Positions 36,711 to 50,085 of a stretch of DNA of 64,000 bases are shown piece by piece (the stretch's first letter is position 1; the number at the start of each line of letters is the position of its first letter). The stretch is taken from NCBI RefSeq assembly GCF_963506605.1, contig NC_083288.1, forward strand, positions 37,696,001 to 37,760,000. Direction: 5' to 3'. The notes under the pieces are model-generated. The model worked only from the letters and a program-made list of their open reading frames with translations, searched no databases and was not told the DNA's origin. Source of the DNA: Zootoca vivipara (lineage: Eukaryota). The translations under genes and the position numbers were made by a program.

Positions 36711-39090
36711 CCCCGGATATGGAAAAGTGTGGTCTGGTAATTTCTTCATGCTGGGCTGCTCTTAAGGACACAGGCCGAAGACTAGGGGGAAATGTTGGCA
36801 ACCCTAATCTGTACAGAGCCGGGTGCGCTACCTTTTAAAGCATTCAAGTTATGAACAACCTTAAATTACTTATCCTGTAAACCGCCCTGTGATTGTTGGA
36901 TGAAGGGCAGTATATAAATCTAATAACTCATCATCATAAAATTATCTACTCATCTGAACTATCTTTTAGGCTTTCCTTCCACTTAAAATCCTCCTGCTCG
37001 CACAGCCTCTGTTCTGAGAAATATAAATAAATCTATATCCAATTAAATCTATATCCAATTCTTTTCTGTCACACTCATCACATATATTTTTTGCCTCCCT
37101 TTTCTCCTCGTCCTGTTTGTTCTGCCCACTTCCTTTGTCAGATCCAACTCTGAGTCCATCAGCAAGCAGGCTCCCAATTAGCAAATACTTGCTACTGGGA
37201 TGTGGCTGTTATTGCTGTCTTCACCAATTACAGATGCCACAGGCTTCAATGGTCTCTGAGCACTTGAGGCACCGTGGAGATGCCATCCGTGGTGGGGCGA
37301 TTTGAGTTTCCGGGCACAAAAGAATGCGACCGCTTTCCCTCCCCTTCATCTTAACCCTCTGAGCTGGAGTCACCACGATAATACAAGCAATTATAAAGCA
37401 ATTACAGTACTCATAATAATGGCAAAATGCAGGCCTGAGGCTTGCAAAAATGAAAACGGGAGGATAAGGTAGAGGGGATGTGAGCAAAGGTTGCAGCGCT
37501 TGGGGCTTTTTAGTTTAGAGAAAAGGTCAGCAAAAAGTGACAAGGTAAAAGTTTATTAAAAATTATGCATGGCATGAAGAAAGTGGGTAGCAGACATTTC
37601 CCCCACTCTTCCATTGTTGGTGCAAGGAGAAAGAAATATATATCACACGGAATTCCTGGATGCCAAGTTTCAAGTTTGGGGCAACTACACTTTGGTGAGA
37701 GAACCCCAGCAGAGATTTAACATCACAAAACAGGTAGCAAAGAAAAGCATGGGAATATAGGCTGTAAAATCTTAAAACGTGCCCAATCAAGTGAGTTCCA
37801 AAAGGTTCCTTAAAAAGTTTATTTTCAAAGTTTCCTATGTCCCCTAGCATAGAAAAAGACCACATATTTGCTAAGTTAAAAATGATATACTGGCAAACTC
37901 TTCAAGGTCAGATGCAGCCATGGTTCCCCCAAGGAGTGCAGGGAACTGTAGTTGAGAATTGTGCTGTCCGAAGGAAATCCTGTATAAAGAAGTTTTTAAA
38001 AATGTTTAATGTTTTATTATGTTTTTATATATGTTTATATATGTTATATATGTTGGAAGCTGCCCAGAGTGGCTGGGGCAAACCAGTAAGATGTGTGGGG
38101 TATAAACAGTGAAATTATACCGTAATTATGGAATGGGACGTCCCTATTTTCATCGGAGATATGCTGGGGGCTATGTGAGAATTGTTAGGAAACCCCTGCT
38201 CCCTTCACAGAGCTACAGTTCCCAGAATTCCCTGGGAAGAGGGATGAACTGTTAAACCTCATGGAGCTAATTAATAGCTCTATGAGGGGAATAGGGGGGG
38301 TCTCTTAGGAAATCTCAGTGCCCTTAACAAACTGATTCTTTGGAGAAAGCCATGACTCTTTAATGTGATATAATATTGCTCTGACAAGGAGATCTCACAG
38401 TTTGTCTTGCAAGGAAGTAAACCCCTCCCCAGCTACCCCCACAAGAGGTTTAACAGGAGTGCGGCTTCAGCAATTTGTCTGCCTCCCTCCCCAGCCCCTC
38501 ACAAACACTCACACCATTCCTCTGAATACACATCTGGGTGCCAGCATCTGCCTTCCCCTCCATCCCACCTCGGCCTGTCAGCAAATACTGCTTCCCCTTC
38601 TGCCCCCACCAACGTGAAATCAAAGCCGCCTTCCAGACTCCCCTTGCCTCACCTCAAAGCGCTTGTCACACACAGGTGGCAAAACAAACTCTGCCCATGA
38701 ACAAAGATCCCTCTCATGTTCACAGGCTGGCGAGAGAGGCCGAGGCCTTTTCACAGCGGGTGAGGCCAGTCAGAGCACATTTAATCCAAGACCGGTTCGC
38801 TGGCCTGGGTCTGGCCAAGGCGTCTGATTCATGCTGCCGTAAGGGTTTCTCAAGGGTTTGCCTCTTCTGGAGGGACGGGGCATGCAGTTTAATATTTGTA
38901 TGTGTTGATGGAAATACCTCATCGGCATATATAAATTTAAATTCGTCCACTGCCAGTCTGAATGCCAAGCTGGTACAGTGTGGACTCTGATCAGCTGTAG
39001 ATTTGAGAGTTCCGAGTTCAAAACCATGCCTGTATTTGCAAAACAGGCCTTGGTCAAGTCCTCACTTTGTCACCCAGATCTGCACAGGGC

Positions 39091-39967
39091 CAGTGCCGGA
39101 TTTAAATATAAGCTAAACTAGCTATAAATTAGGGCCCCACTCTCCTGCCCCACCCCCAATATACTTCTTCTTAATTGTATTTCACTATTAATATACTTCT
39201 TCTTAACTGTAGTTCAGTTCAAAAGTTGTTGTTGTTGTTTAGTCGTTTAGTCGTGTCCGACTCTTCGTGACCCCATGGACCATAGCACGCCAGGCACTCC
39301 TGTCTTCCACTGCCTCCCGCAGTTTGGTCAAACTCATCTTCGTAGCTTCGAGAGCACTGTCCAACCATCTCGTCCTCTGTCGTCCCCTTCTCCTTGTGCC
39401 CTCAATCTTTCCCAACATCAGGGTCTTTTCCGGGGAGTCTTCTCTTCTCATGAGGTGGCCAAAGTATTGGAGCCTCAGCTTCAGGATCTGTCCTTCCAGT
39501 GAGTACTCAGGGCTGATTTCCTTCAGAATGAATAGGTTTGATCTTCTTTCAGTCCATGGGACTCTCAAGAGTCTCCTCCAGCACCATAATTCAAAAGCAT
39601 CAATTCTTCGGCGATCAGCCTTCTTTATGGTCCAGCTCTCACTTCCATACATCACTACTGGGAAAACCATAGCTTTTACTATACGGACCTTTGTCGGCAA
39701 GGTGATGTCTCTGCTTTTTAAGATGCTGTCTGGGTTTGTCATTGCTTTTCTCCCAAGAAGCAGGCGTCAAAGTTACTTTGATAAAATGCATATTTTGTTA
39801 TGTGCAAATGGCTTAAGATACCTATTAGGTGCATAAATGATCACGTAGCATAGATTCAACACACAAAAAACAGCGGCAATTTGTTGCTGACAAGGGACAG
39901 CTGGACATATAAAGGGCCCCATCACCTTCAGTAGCTTAGGGCACCATCAAACCTATATCTGGCCCTG
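39091..39967. mobile_element. hAT-type non-autonomous element containing a BovB insertion
   Basis: cagtgccggattta...tatatctggccctg ends; 8-bp TSD cacagggc. Confidence 0.7.
39228..39767 (-). mobile_element. BovB LINE 3' fragment
   Basis: Open 167-aa RTE ORF C-terminus (39239-39742) plus (CAA)n tail. Confidence 0.93.
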
Positions 39968-41483
39968 CACAGGGCTATTGTGTAACACCTTGTATATTAA
40001 ATATCCTGTAAGGGTGAGAGTGAGAGGGCCACGAATTCAGGAACGTGCTCAGTGGTTGCATGAAAAAGGTCTCAGGATCAATCACTGGGGTGGAATTAGT
40101 CACCAAATTCCATGCTAGTCCCACTCAGAGCAGACCTGCTGAAGTTAATACACATGGCTAACTTAGGTTCATTAATTTCAGCGAGTCACCTCTGCGTAGG
40201 TGTAGTGTAGCAATTGGAGTGCTTTGGATTAGAACCTGAGAGACCCGGGTTCAAATCCCCACACATCCCCATGAAGCTCGCCAGGTGACCTTGGGCCGGT
40301 CGACATCCCTTGGCTTAACCCACCTCGCAGAGTTGTTGTGAGGATAAAGGGGAGAGTGGAGAGCCTTGTACCACTACCCTTAGAGGAAAGGTGGGGCATA
40401 CTTGACCACATACATGCAACCTCTAGCATTTTCATGTAGGGCTGGGAGAGACTCCCTGCCTGAAATTCTGTGGCGCAAGCTGCCGCCAATACTTGGCCAG
40501 CTGGACCAATGGTCTGGTGTTATAAAACATGATGATACCAGGCAGGCAGCTAACTCATCACACACACACACCCAAGGCTGGACCAGTTTGAAATCCAAAA
40601 TTCCTGGTCTTTCTAAAGCTGAGTATTTGTTAGCAGAGGTGTGGGGCTTCTTGCCCCACATCTGGTGCCGGTGCTGCTGTTCCCTCTCGGTTTATTTTTC
40701 CTGTGAGTTGCTGGCGCTGGTGCAGAATTCAGGCATGGTGGCTGGGAGCCCCCCGCTGTCCTCAGGCTCGAGTTTGGGAAATGGCAGCCAAGGGATGACA
40801 TGAGCTGTTCCCTAGGCATCCCTCTCTCTGCTCCCCACCCCCCGTCTGCAACTACCCGTCTCCCCGCAAAAAACCCCAAAACCAAAACTGTGTCTGGCTT
40901 CCAGGTGGAGAGAGAATAGGCAAGGGAAAAAAGCAGGAAAGTTATCCGTCTCTCCTTCTTTCCTATGGCTCAAACACACCTTCAGGCGCCTGGGCAGGTT
41001 TGATATTGGAAAATAACTCACAAGAACAAGGAAGGGGATAACTGGGAATCAGGAGGCTGTGTGTCCAGTGCTAGTCACCCCCAGAGCAGGCCCACTGCAA
41101 CTAATGGGAATTACTAATGTCGGTCCATTAATTTCAATGGGTTTACTCTGAGTAGAAAGGCTGTGTGCACACCACACCTTTCAAGCGCATCCTTTCCCTC
41201 AAAGAATTCTGGGCCCTGTAGTTTACCCTCACGGAGTTATCATTCCCAGCGGCCTTTTCTAAACTACAGTGCCCAGAATTCTTTGAGGGGCGTAAATGTG
41301 CTTCAAATACGCTTTAAAGGTATAGTGTGTACACAGCCAAAGTTAGATGCAACCCCAGGGTCCTGGGTAGGTAAACGAGGGAGCCACACAGTGATTTCAA
41401 TTCAAGACCATTTTTTTTTATTGTCTGTCTGCACTCTGGACAATGAACAAACAAACAAACAAACCACTTGTGTTGCAAAATAT

Positions 41484-42030
41484 GAGTCAGCAATATCAAA
41501 AGCAACACGATGGCCAGAAACAATTACAATTTGAAAAACTTTATGGAATTCTTCATTAGCCAATTGGTTCAACACTCATAAGTAGAAAGATATGTAATTT
41601 CTTCATTGACCAATCTTTTTTCAAATAGATATAATATACATGCGAATGAAAATTACTCTGGAACAGTGCCCATGCGATTATACTAGGTAGTCACTGTTGT
41701 CATTGGTTAATGAAGAAATTACATTATCTTTCTACTTACGAGTATTGAACTAATTGGCTGATGAAGAATTCAGCGAAACAGTAGTTGTTATCCGGAAACG
41801 CTGTCCAGCAGAGTTCAGAGTTGGACATCAGAATTGGACATTTGCTGATTATACGAAGCTTCACAACATGTTCTCTGCCGGGTATAGTCTGGCACCGTGA
41901 TCCATTTAAGGACTTTCAGAGACTATCAGAGACTTCAGTTTGTTCGTTTTGATGTTTTGAATCATTCCATTAAAAAATTCACATTGTAATTGTTTCTGAC
42001 CATTGTGTTGCTTTTGATATTGCTGCACTC
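41484..42030 (+). mobile_element. Penelope-like element with an inverted partial terminal repeat and a hammerhead-like core
   Basis: 41484-41549 is inverted against 41964-42030, and 41546-41614 against 41702-41771. CTGATGA...GAAACAG...CTGTC at 41758-41805. Confidence 0.5.
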
Positions 42031-42234
42031 TGAACAAGGCTGATGTCCTGACCAGGGGAGCTGTGGGATGCTCAGATCTCTTGGGGCCGGCCCTACCGTT
42101 GGCTAGAGAGAGGAAGCTGCTGTACACAGAAAGGCTCTGTCCCTACAATTTTGCATGCTCTTTGTGCAGATGCCAGGTGAAGGGCTGTTTGGTGCGTCTC
42201 CACTCCCAGCTCCTGTGTAGAGTTACATGGGAGC

Positions 42235-42235
<1 letters not shown>

Positions 42236-42280
<45 letters not shown>

Positions 42281-42600
42281 TATTATTTCTACCCTGCCCA
42301 TCTGGCTGGGTATCCCCAGCCACTCTGGGCGGCTTCCAACAAAAGATTAAAAATACATTAAAACATCAGTCATTAAAAACTTTCCTAAACAGGGCTGTCT
42401 TCAAATGTCTTTTAATGTCAGATAGTTTTTTATTTTTTGACATCTGGTGGGAGGGCGTTCTACAGGGCGGGTGCCACTACCGAGAAGGCCCTCTGCCTGG
42501 TTCCCTGTAACTTTGCTTCTTGCAGTGAGGGAACCGCCAGAAGGCCCTCGGCGCTGGACCTCAGTGTCCGGGCTGAACAATGAGGGTGGAGATGCTCTTT
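42236..42600 (-). mobile_element. L2/CR1-group LINE 3' end with (ATT)n tail
   Basis: RAFSVVAPAL* ORF2 terminus and a 3' UTR shared with 54893-55025. Confidence 0.7.
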
Positions 42601-43801
42601 AAGGGAAAGCCTGAAAGGAGCTAAAATGTTGCATTGCAAATTGCTCAAGCCTTCCTCTCTTCCCTTCCATTTTCCATCCCTTGTCCAAAGAAGACATTCA
42701 ATTTTCTATGGCTGCTGAGCATGCTTGCTCCTTATACAGCTCTTTTGGGGTTGAGTGGGTGGCCTCTTGGGTTTTTTTTTCCTCCCAGATTTTATTTTAT
42801 TTTTTGGGGGTACTTTTGCAAACTTTAGGTTTTCTCCAAACATACCCTCTTGTTTCTCAGTGGGTCCACTTTGGCTATAGTCCTCTTGGCACTCGCCAGC
42901 TGGGTTCACTGTTAGAAGAGAGTGATTATACAAATGAATGGAGGGTAGATCTTTCTGTGGCTACTGGAAGCTACGTGGTGCATCCATGTTCAGATGCAGG
43001 GCCGCTGAATGCCCGTTGCTGAGAAGCAACCAGGGTTTGGAGAGGGCATCCTGGAGGCATTTGGCTGGCCACTGTGGCTTCTGAACGAGAAATACCTTTT
43101 GCCTGGCCAAACAGAGCTCTTCTTGTGCTCCAAAGTGTAGCTGACCACCATGCTTAGGGAGGTGTCTACTTGGCTCTATGAATTGAGCAGCCTTTGATGG
43201 TTTCCTTCTAGAAGGGCCAAAAAGAGAGAGCTGTAAGGATGAAAAACAACCGAGGAGGATGAATCATGCAAGCAGTCTTCAGGAGCCAGCTGCTTAAACA
43301 CTCCAAAATGGGGTGTGGGGTTCAAAAATGAAACCCGAGAGACTTAACGTCCATTTTTCTAGCAGCAACCACAAAATAGCAGGTCCCTTAAACGGGCCAA
43401 CAGGTTTAGTATCATGCCACGTTTTCATTTTAAGAATATGGATCCCTCGGGGCAGGGAGGTGAAGAGCTCATGTCCTGCTTTTGGCCCTCCCATAAGGGC
43501 ATCTGATTGGCCACTACAAGAACAAAATTCTGGACTAGATGGGCTAGACCCTTCTTGTGTTTTTAAAACTCAATGACCCAGGGGTGGAGCTAGAATTGGG
43601 AGCTGACTAGCAGTAAACCTTGCATATGATAATTTACATGTATGGATGCAAATCTGAACACAGTGGGACTTACTTCTGTAAAGGCTTGCAGTGTAAGGCT
43701 TGGTTTACAATAAAGGAATAAACACTCCACATGTTTCCTTAAAAAACTGCTGGCTGCTGAAGCATTGTAATTCAAGTACTTAAAGTGGAGACTGGTTACA
43801 T

Positions 43802-44451
43802 CAGTGATGGGCAACCTTTTGAGCTTGGTGTGTCAAAATTCACCAAAAAACCGAGGATAACTCAGGTGGTGTGTCACTTTGAGAAAAAAACCATAATTCC
43901 ACGATATTTATAATTTAAATAACAAAAATGTATAATTATAATATATAACTGTATTTAATATACCAAAAACTAATTATTTAACCAAACCAAACAACCTTTA
44001 TTTATCACAAAGTGCCTAGAGTTGTTGAGCTTTTTGGGGGGAGCTGCTGTTTTGGAGGTTTTTTTGGGGGGTGCAAAAGTTGCTTTGCTTTGGGGGGGAT
44101 GCCCCAAAGCTGCTGCGCTTTTTGGGGGGGGAAGAGAACAGAAATAAATGACGAATAATACCTTCGCTGGAACTAACATGCAGCACCGACATAGTCTGCC
44201 AAAGCGCAAAAAACCCCAGCACAGAACAGGTTAAAAAACCAATCTCTGGCTACCAGCAACAACAACAACAACAAAAGGATCCGGGTTTTAACAGCGGAGA
44301 CAAGCTGTAGCATGAGGAGGAGCGGGAGAACAAATGGGGGGAAAACAACAACAACAACAACAAAAGTGTGAATGGGCCAATGGGGCACGTGCCAGCAGTG
44401 AGGGCTTTGTGTGTCACGTCTGACACGCGTGTCATAGGTTCGCCATCACTG
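43802..44451. mobile_element. Complete non-autonomous hAT (Myotis hAT1-like)
   Basis: TIRs CAGTGATGGGCAACCT and CAGTGATGGCGAACCT(ATGACACGCGTGTCAG); 8-bp TSD ggttacat. Confidence 0.8.
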
Positions 44452-45344
44452 GGTTACATCTTTCTTCAAAATTATAGGAAGGGCTTCGTATGCCAGCTTC
44501 ACAGTTTCCTTCATTTGGTGCAGGTATTTTATTTTCAGTATAAACAAGATCTTGTTTTTGCGCTTGCGCTTGCACTTGCGCGCGCACACACACACACACA
44601 GAAAGGCTCCTATTCCAAAAAGGACAGGAGTGGGGCGAGGTCAGGTCTCCCCACCACTTCTAATTCTTCTCCGAGATGTGGAGGGGAGGTAAAGGGAAAA
44701 CTAGGACATTCCAGGATCAAACCCCAAACTGGAATGACTTCTGTAATTCTGCGGCTGTCCCTGGGAAATCAGGACACTTGGAGGGTAGGATAGGGCTGCA
44801 ACCTGCTAGACCAATGTGCTAAAAGAACTCATGGTGAGTGGGCAAAATGCACTCTGCACAAGCTCAGGCTCTCTTATTACTGCTTGATAGGTTTTTGAGC
44901 TGTGACTCAGGCCCTGCCCAGGGCCCAAACTACCTTTCTTGATATGTTCTGCCTGGCTTCTTGCTTGACTCTGTTAGATTCCCCATTTCCCTCCCAGGAA
45001 ACCTTGCGCATTGGAGGGTCACAAGGTTAGACAAACCCAGCAGCGCCAACCTAGTTTGCTTTGGCTGAGGCTGTGGCTTGCTGGCGAGGAATCCCCCTCC
45101 ATATGCTTCCCCCCTCCCTCAGTCTAATCCACACAACTCAAGCCAGGAATAACCTCCTTTCAAGCCAAGCTGGTGACCAGCTTAAGACGGGGTTGAGGGT
45201 AGGAGAAGGCCGAGACTGACAGCAAGGTGGATGGGGGACATCTGAGGGCAGGGGAAGAAGGGTGGGGCGAGGCTCTGCGGTCAGCATGAATAGAGGAGAG
45301 GGCACCGCTCATAAATGGTACAAATATTATATGAAACAGGGATA

Positions 45345-45587
45345 CAGTGGTACATCTACTTACGAATTTTATGCATTCCGAACACACATTTGTAAGTCGA
45401 AAAAATTTGTAAGTCGAATCCCATAGGAATGCATTGGGAGAAAAAATTCATTAGTCGAAGCAACCCTATCTAAAAATTCATAAGTAGAAAAAATCCTATC
45501 TAAATCACATCCAAGATGGCGGACGGAGCTCCATTTGTAAGTAGAAAAATTCGTAAGTAGAGTTATTCGTAAGTAGAGGTACCACTG
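45345..45587. mobile_element. Tigger/pogo-like MITE
   Basis: TIR cagtggtac(a/c)tctacttacgaat; TA TSD. Confidence 0.8.
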
Positions 45588-45642
45588 TACACTCAAGAGG
45601 GGCACATGTCATGATAGCAGTCTATTGAGTCGTGTTCGTTCC

Positions 45643-45685
<43 letters not shown>

Positions 45686-45969
45686 ATTTGTGAACAGTAG
45701 ATTCAGACACAGCCCAGCTATAAAGCACACACACATTCAAACCACACAGCCACAAAAGCCTGACAGAATGATGTACAAATACAGCTCGGAAAGGCAACTC
45801 GGCAAAGACAACTCAGGTTGCACAAGCATTTCACATGTGTATAATAGCACGTTCACAAGCGAGAGACATATGCACTGCTCACAGACATTGCCTTGTTAAA
45901 TATACACAGCGTCTTCATAGGACAAATGAAGTCTTTTGACAGATTAGACCAGAATGCCATGGCACACCA

Positions 45970-46395
45970 GTTGTTGTTCTTCTTCTTCTTGTTGTTGTTA
46001 GAATTTGTATACTGCCCTATACCTGGAGGTCTCAGGGCAGTTCACAGAATAAAATCAAAATATAAAAGCACAGTATATGTAGTAAAAACAACAACTTAAT
46101 AACACCCCCCCCCCAAAAAAAGAACCACATTTTAAAAGGGCATAGGATGTCAATCGAATCAATCAAAGGCCTGGTTAAAAAGGAACGTTTTTGCCTGGCG
46201 CCTAAAGGTGTATTATGAAGGCACCAGGTGAACTTCCCTGGGGAGGGCATTCCACAGAGGGGGAGCCACTGCAGAGAAAGCCCGTTCTTGGCCACCATTT
46301 GGATCTCTCGAGGAGGAGGCACACGAAGAAGGACCTCAGAAGATGAGCTCAGGATCCGGGTAGGTTTATATGGAAAGAGGCGGTCCTTGAGGTTC
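45970..46395 (-). mobile_element. L2-type LINE 3' fragment
   Basis: LKDRLFPYKPTRILSSSSE-type ORF2 terminus, 3' UTR and microsatellite tail. Confidence 0.6.
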
Positions 46396-46691
46396 TTAGC
46401 TCTACACTGAACCAAACTCCCAGAATCCTTTGCTGCTATATTTTATAATTCCCACGCCTAGGACGTGAATGTGTGTGATATAACATATATATAGGGTGTA
46501 ATAACATAGAGGGACATTACTGTATGTCCAAAGTGCTTTGCTATTAGAAGCATAACTCCTCCCAAATTATTATTTTCTGATGGAGACTTCTTGATGTAGC
46601 AGGTACAAATTCAACAGGTGATGCCTTCTGTACCATGACATTTTCTGGATGGTGGATGGCAATTGCGTGTGGGCAATCTGGATGAGGCAGG

Positions 46692-46940
46692 AGAAGAAGA
46701 AGAAGAGTTTGGATTTGATATCCTGCTTTATCACTACCCGAAGGAGTCTAAAAGCGGCTAACAATCTCCTTTCCCTTCCTCCCCCACAACAAACACTCTG
46801 TGAGGTGAGTGGGGCTGAGAGACTTCAAAGAAGTATGACTAGCCCAAGGTCACCCAGCAGCTGTATGTGGAGGAGCGGAGACACGAACCCGGTTCCCCAG
46901 ATTACGAGTCTACCGCTCTTAACCACTACACCACACTGGA
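46692..46940 (-). mobile_element. Squam3-like tRNA-derived SINE
   Basis: Minus-strand head ccagtgtggtgtagtggttaagagc...ggttcgtgtc, CORE-like body, and (CTT)n tail. Confidence 0.7.
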
Positions 46941-47699
46941 GGTGGGGAATCAGCAAATATGTGCTTGTGCACGAGAGCTGGGACTTTCTTTTGCTGTTGC
47001 CTTTCCTTTCATCTCAGTGGGATTTTCCCCGAAAATTACTCAGAGCGTTCTTCCAGAGCAGAAGTCCTGGAAGACATCCGAGTTCAGCCTCTCTTCTCTC
47101 CCCAACACCAGTAAACACAGAAGACTTGAATACTGACTCTGCCAGTGGGGGTGCCCGAATGCAGAGAAAGGGCAGCAAAACAGACGGAAAATTCCATGAA
47201 AAATCTGTTTAATACTAGGTTGTTAGTCATTGCCTTCCATGGCAAAATCACTCTCTGTATTGTCTCCAGTGTAATAAATCCATCCATTAATGCACTGTAT
47301 GTACCTGAAGATGAAAACACAGTACAAACTGTGATTTTAACCAAAGTTAAAGACTTTGCAATAGCATTCGATTAAATCTTCTGTTTGCTTCCTCATTGAT
47401 AAATACTCTGCAACTGATTGTCCCCATAAATGGATTTATAATCAGATCGGTTTCCTGCCTAAAAGGTCACATGTGGTTGTTAAAAAACAATTATTGTTCA
47501 CCTTTCGGTTAAGGTAAATACCCTTTAAGATGATTTCCCATAAAATAAAGAAGAATATCAATCCAGAAGAATATCACAGTGTAGGGATTTCGTACACTGG
47601 AGACAATACATGTGCCATTCTTCAGGGTTCAGCTGCCTCCTCAGAATCTCTAGAAGTTAAATCTCTGAATTTGTTTGGAGTGTGCGTGTGTCTCTTGCC

Positions 47700-47834
47700 C
47701 AGGCATCCCCAAACTGCGGCCCTCCAGATTTTTGGCCTACAACTCCCATGAACCCTAGCTAACAGGACCAATGGTCAGGCATGATGGGAATTGTAGTCCA
47801 AAACATCTGGAGGGCCGAAGTTTAGGGATGCCTG
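47700..47834. mobile_element. 136-bp-family hAT MITE
   Basis: TSD ctcttgcc. Confidence 0.9.
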
Positions 47835-48212
47835 CTCTTGCCTGTCATGCACAAGCATGTGTATTCCTGCACATGAGCACTAAAGCATCATGCAACATAC
47901 AGAAAACCTTTTCACACATTGCAACTGTTGAGGTATGTCTATTATATTAAGGAAATAGCTTTGGGGGGGATGTGCATATTAGGCAAAAATGCATATTTGC
48001 TTATGAAATTTCATGAGGACTTAAAAAAACAAAAACACCACAAACTGACGTGGAAGTGTGGAATATCAAATTTAGGACTGGAACAATGAGAAACGGAGAA
48101 AAACAGAAATTGACATATTAGCTATATTGCAGACCAGTTCGGTAACATTTCTCCAGTATATCATTAAACAAACGGAACCCACAGCTATACATCCTTTTAG
48201 TTGAGCACAGCT

Positions 48213-48569
48213 TAGGTAAAGGTTAAGGGACCCTGACCATTAGGTCCAGTCCCAGACGACTCTGGGGTTGGGGCGCTCATTTCGCTGTATAGGCTGAGGG
48301 AGCCGGCGTTTGTCCACTGACAACTTCCGGGTCATGTGGCCAGTATGACTAAGCCGCTTCTGGCGAACCAGAGCAGTGCACAGAAATGCTGTTTACCTTC
48401 CCACTAGAGCAGTATCTATTTATCTACTTGCACTTGACGTGCTTTCAAACTGCTAGGTGGGCAGGAGCTGGGACCGAACAACAGGAGCTCATCCCGTTGT
48501 GAGATTTGAATCGCCATCCTTCCAATTGGCAAGCCCTAGGCTCTGTGATTTAGACCAGAGCGCCGCCCG
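48213..48569 (-). mobile_element. Sauria SINE (diverged)
   Basis: Reverse-complement similarity to 19708-20069. Confidence 0.85.
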
Positions 48570-48964
48570 CTTATTGCAGAGTAAATGGATATAGCATACG
48601 TAAGATCAGATGTTGCTAAACTGCACCTCCCATCAACCCTAACCAGCCTGGCCGCTTGGGCCAACACTCAGTGTTGTTGAGTGTTGTGAGTCAACACCAT
48701 CTATTGGGTCAAAGGTTCCCTATGCCTGCATTAAGTGATACAGTCTTTAACAGTCTGCAACAATGTGAAAGGGAGAGAAGCAGAATCAGGCAGTGGTTCT
48801 GGGCATAAGAATAGGGCTAATAGACACATGTCCCTGTTTCAGAGAATATATGCAGCCTCATGAAAGGTCAAATTCCATAAATGTTCAGTGACTAACACAC
48901 ACATACACTTATTAAGTATAACTGTTTAATTGTACATTGAAAAGGAAAATAACTGTTATAAGAA

Positions 48965-49170
48965 CAGTGGTACCTCTACTTACAAACGCGATCCATTTCG
49001 GGGTGCCATTTGAAAAGTCGGTGAGTAGAGTGCTGCTACTGCACGTGAACGAAGCGTGCAGAGACCGCTTCTGTGCTTGCGGCAAACCTGGAAGTAAACA
49101 CTTCCGGGTTTGCCGCATTCGTAACCTGAAAAGCCACAACCTGAAGCAAACGTAACACGAGTTATGACTG
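48965..49170. mobile_element. Tigger/pogo-like MITE (degenerate)
   Basis: cagtggtacctc...gagttatgactgta. Confidence 0.6.
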
Positions 49171-49733
49171 TATAACTAAAGGGACCATAGAAAACTCAAC
49201 TGAAGCTAAGTGACACTCTCTGAGTTCCTAATAGAGGGATAATTAACTGAGAATGTATCTCTGCTACTTTCTCATGTGGTGTTTAACTTAGATCACATGA
49301 GAGGGGTATTCAGTTGCAAATCACCATTTTGTGTGAGCCAAGTCTTTGTTCGCAAGCCACCAAAGACAAAGAATGTGCTAATGTTTCTTCTGGAGAGAAT
49401 ACAGTCTCAGGTTGTAATGGAGTCTGTGTGGAGAGAAAGAACTTTGCTTTCAGTTCTGTTTGAAGTTTGAAGTTTATATTTTTAAGATGTTCTGCCTGTG
49501 CTTGGACAAGCACATGATTTTAGGCAACTATTTGGATGTATCCTAATTGTTGTAAGTCTGTTTTGGAACAAGTTCTGTTAGTAAAGCTTTGGGACCATAT
49601 TTTTGGTCTGGACAATTTTTATTCCAAGAAGAATAAGGTTTTAGTCATCCTATTGCTTCCATATGCACAATTTTAATAACCGCAGTACTTACTGCAGCCT
49701 TCCTTTTAGGGCATAACACATACCAGGTGACTT

Positions 49734-50085
49734 AAAGGTAAAGGGGCCCCTGACCGTCAGGTCCAGTCGTGTCCGACTCTGGGGTTGTGGCGCTCATCTC
49801 GCTCTATAGGCCGAGGGAGCCGGCGTTTGTCCACAGACAGCTTCCGGGTCATGTGGCCAACGTGACAAAGCTGCTTCTGGCGAACCAGAGCAGCGCACAG
49901 AAACGCTGTTTACCTTCCCACCGGAGTGGTCCCTATGTATCTACTTGCACTTTGATGTGCTTTCGAACTGCTAGGTGGGCAGGAGCTGGGACCGAGCAAC
50001 GGGAGCTCACCCCGTTGCAGGGATTCGAACCGCCGACCTTCTGATCAGCAAGTCCTAGACTCTGTGGTTTAACCCACGGCGCCAC
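49734..50085 (-). mobile_element. Sauria SINE
   Basis: Reverse-complement match to 19708-20069. Confidence 0.9.
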
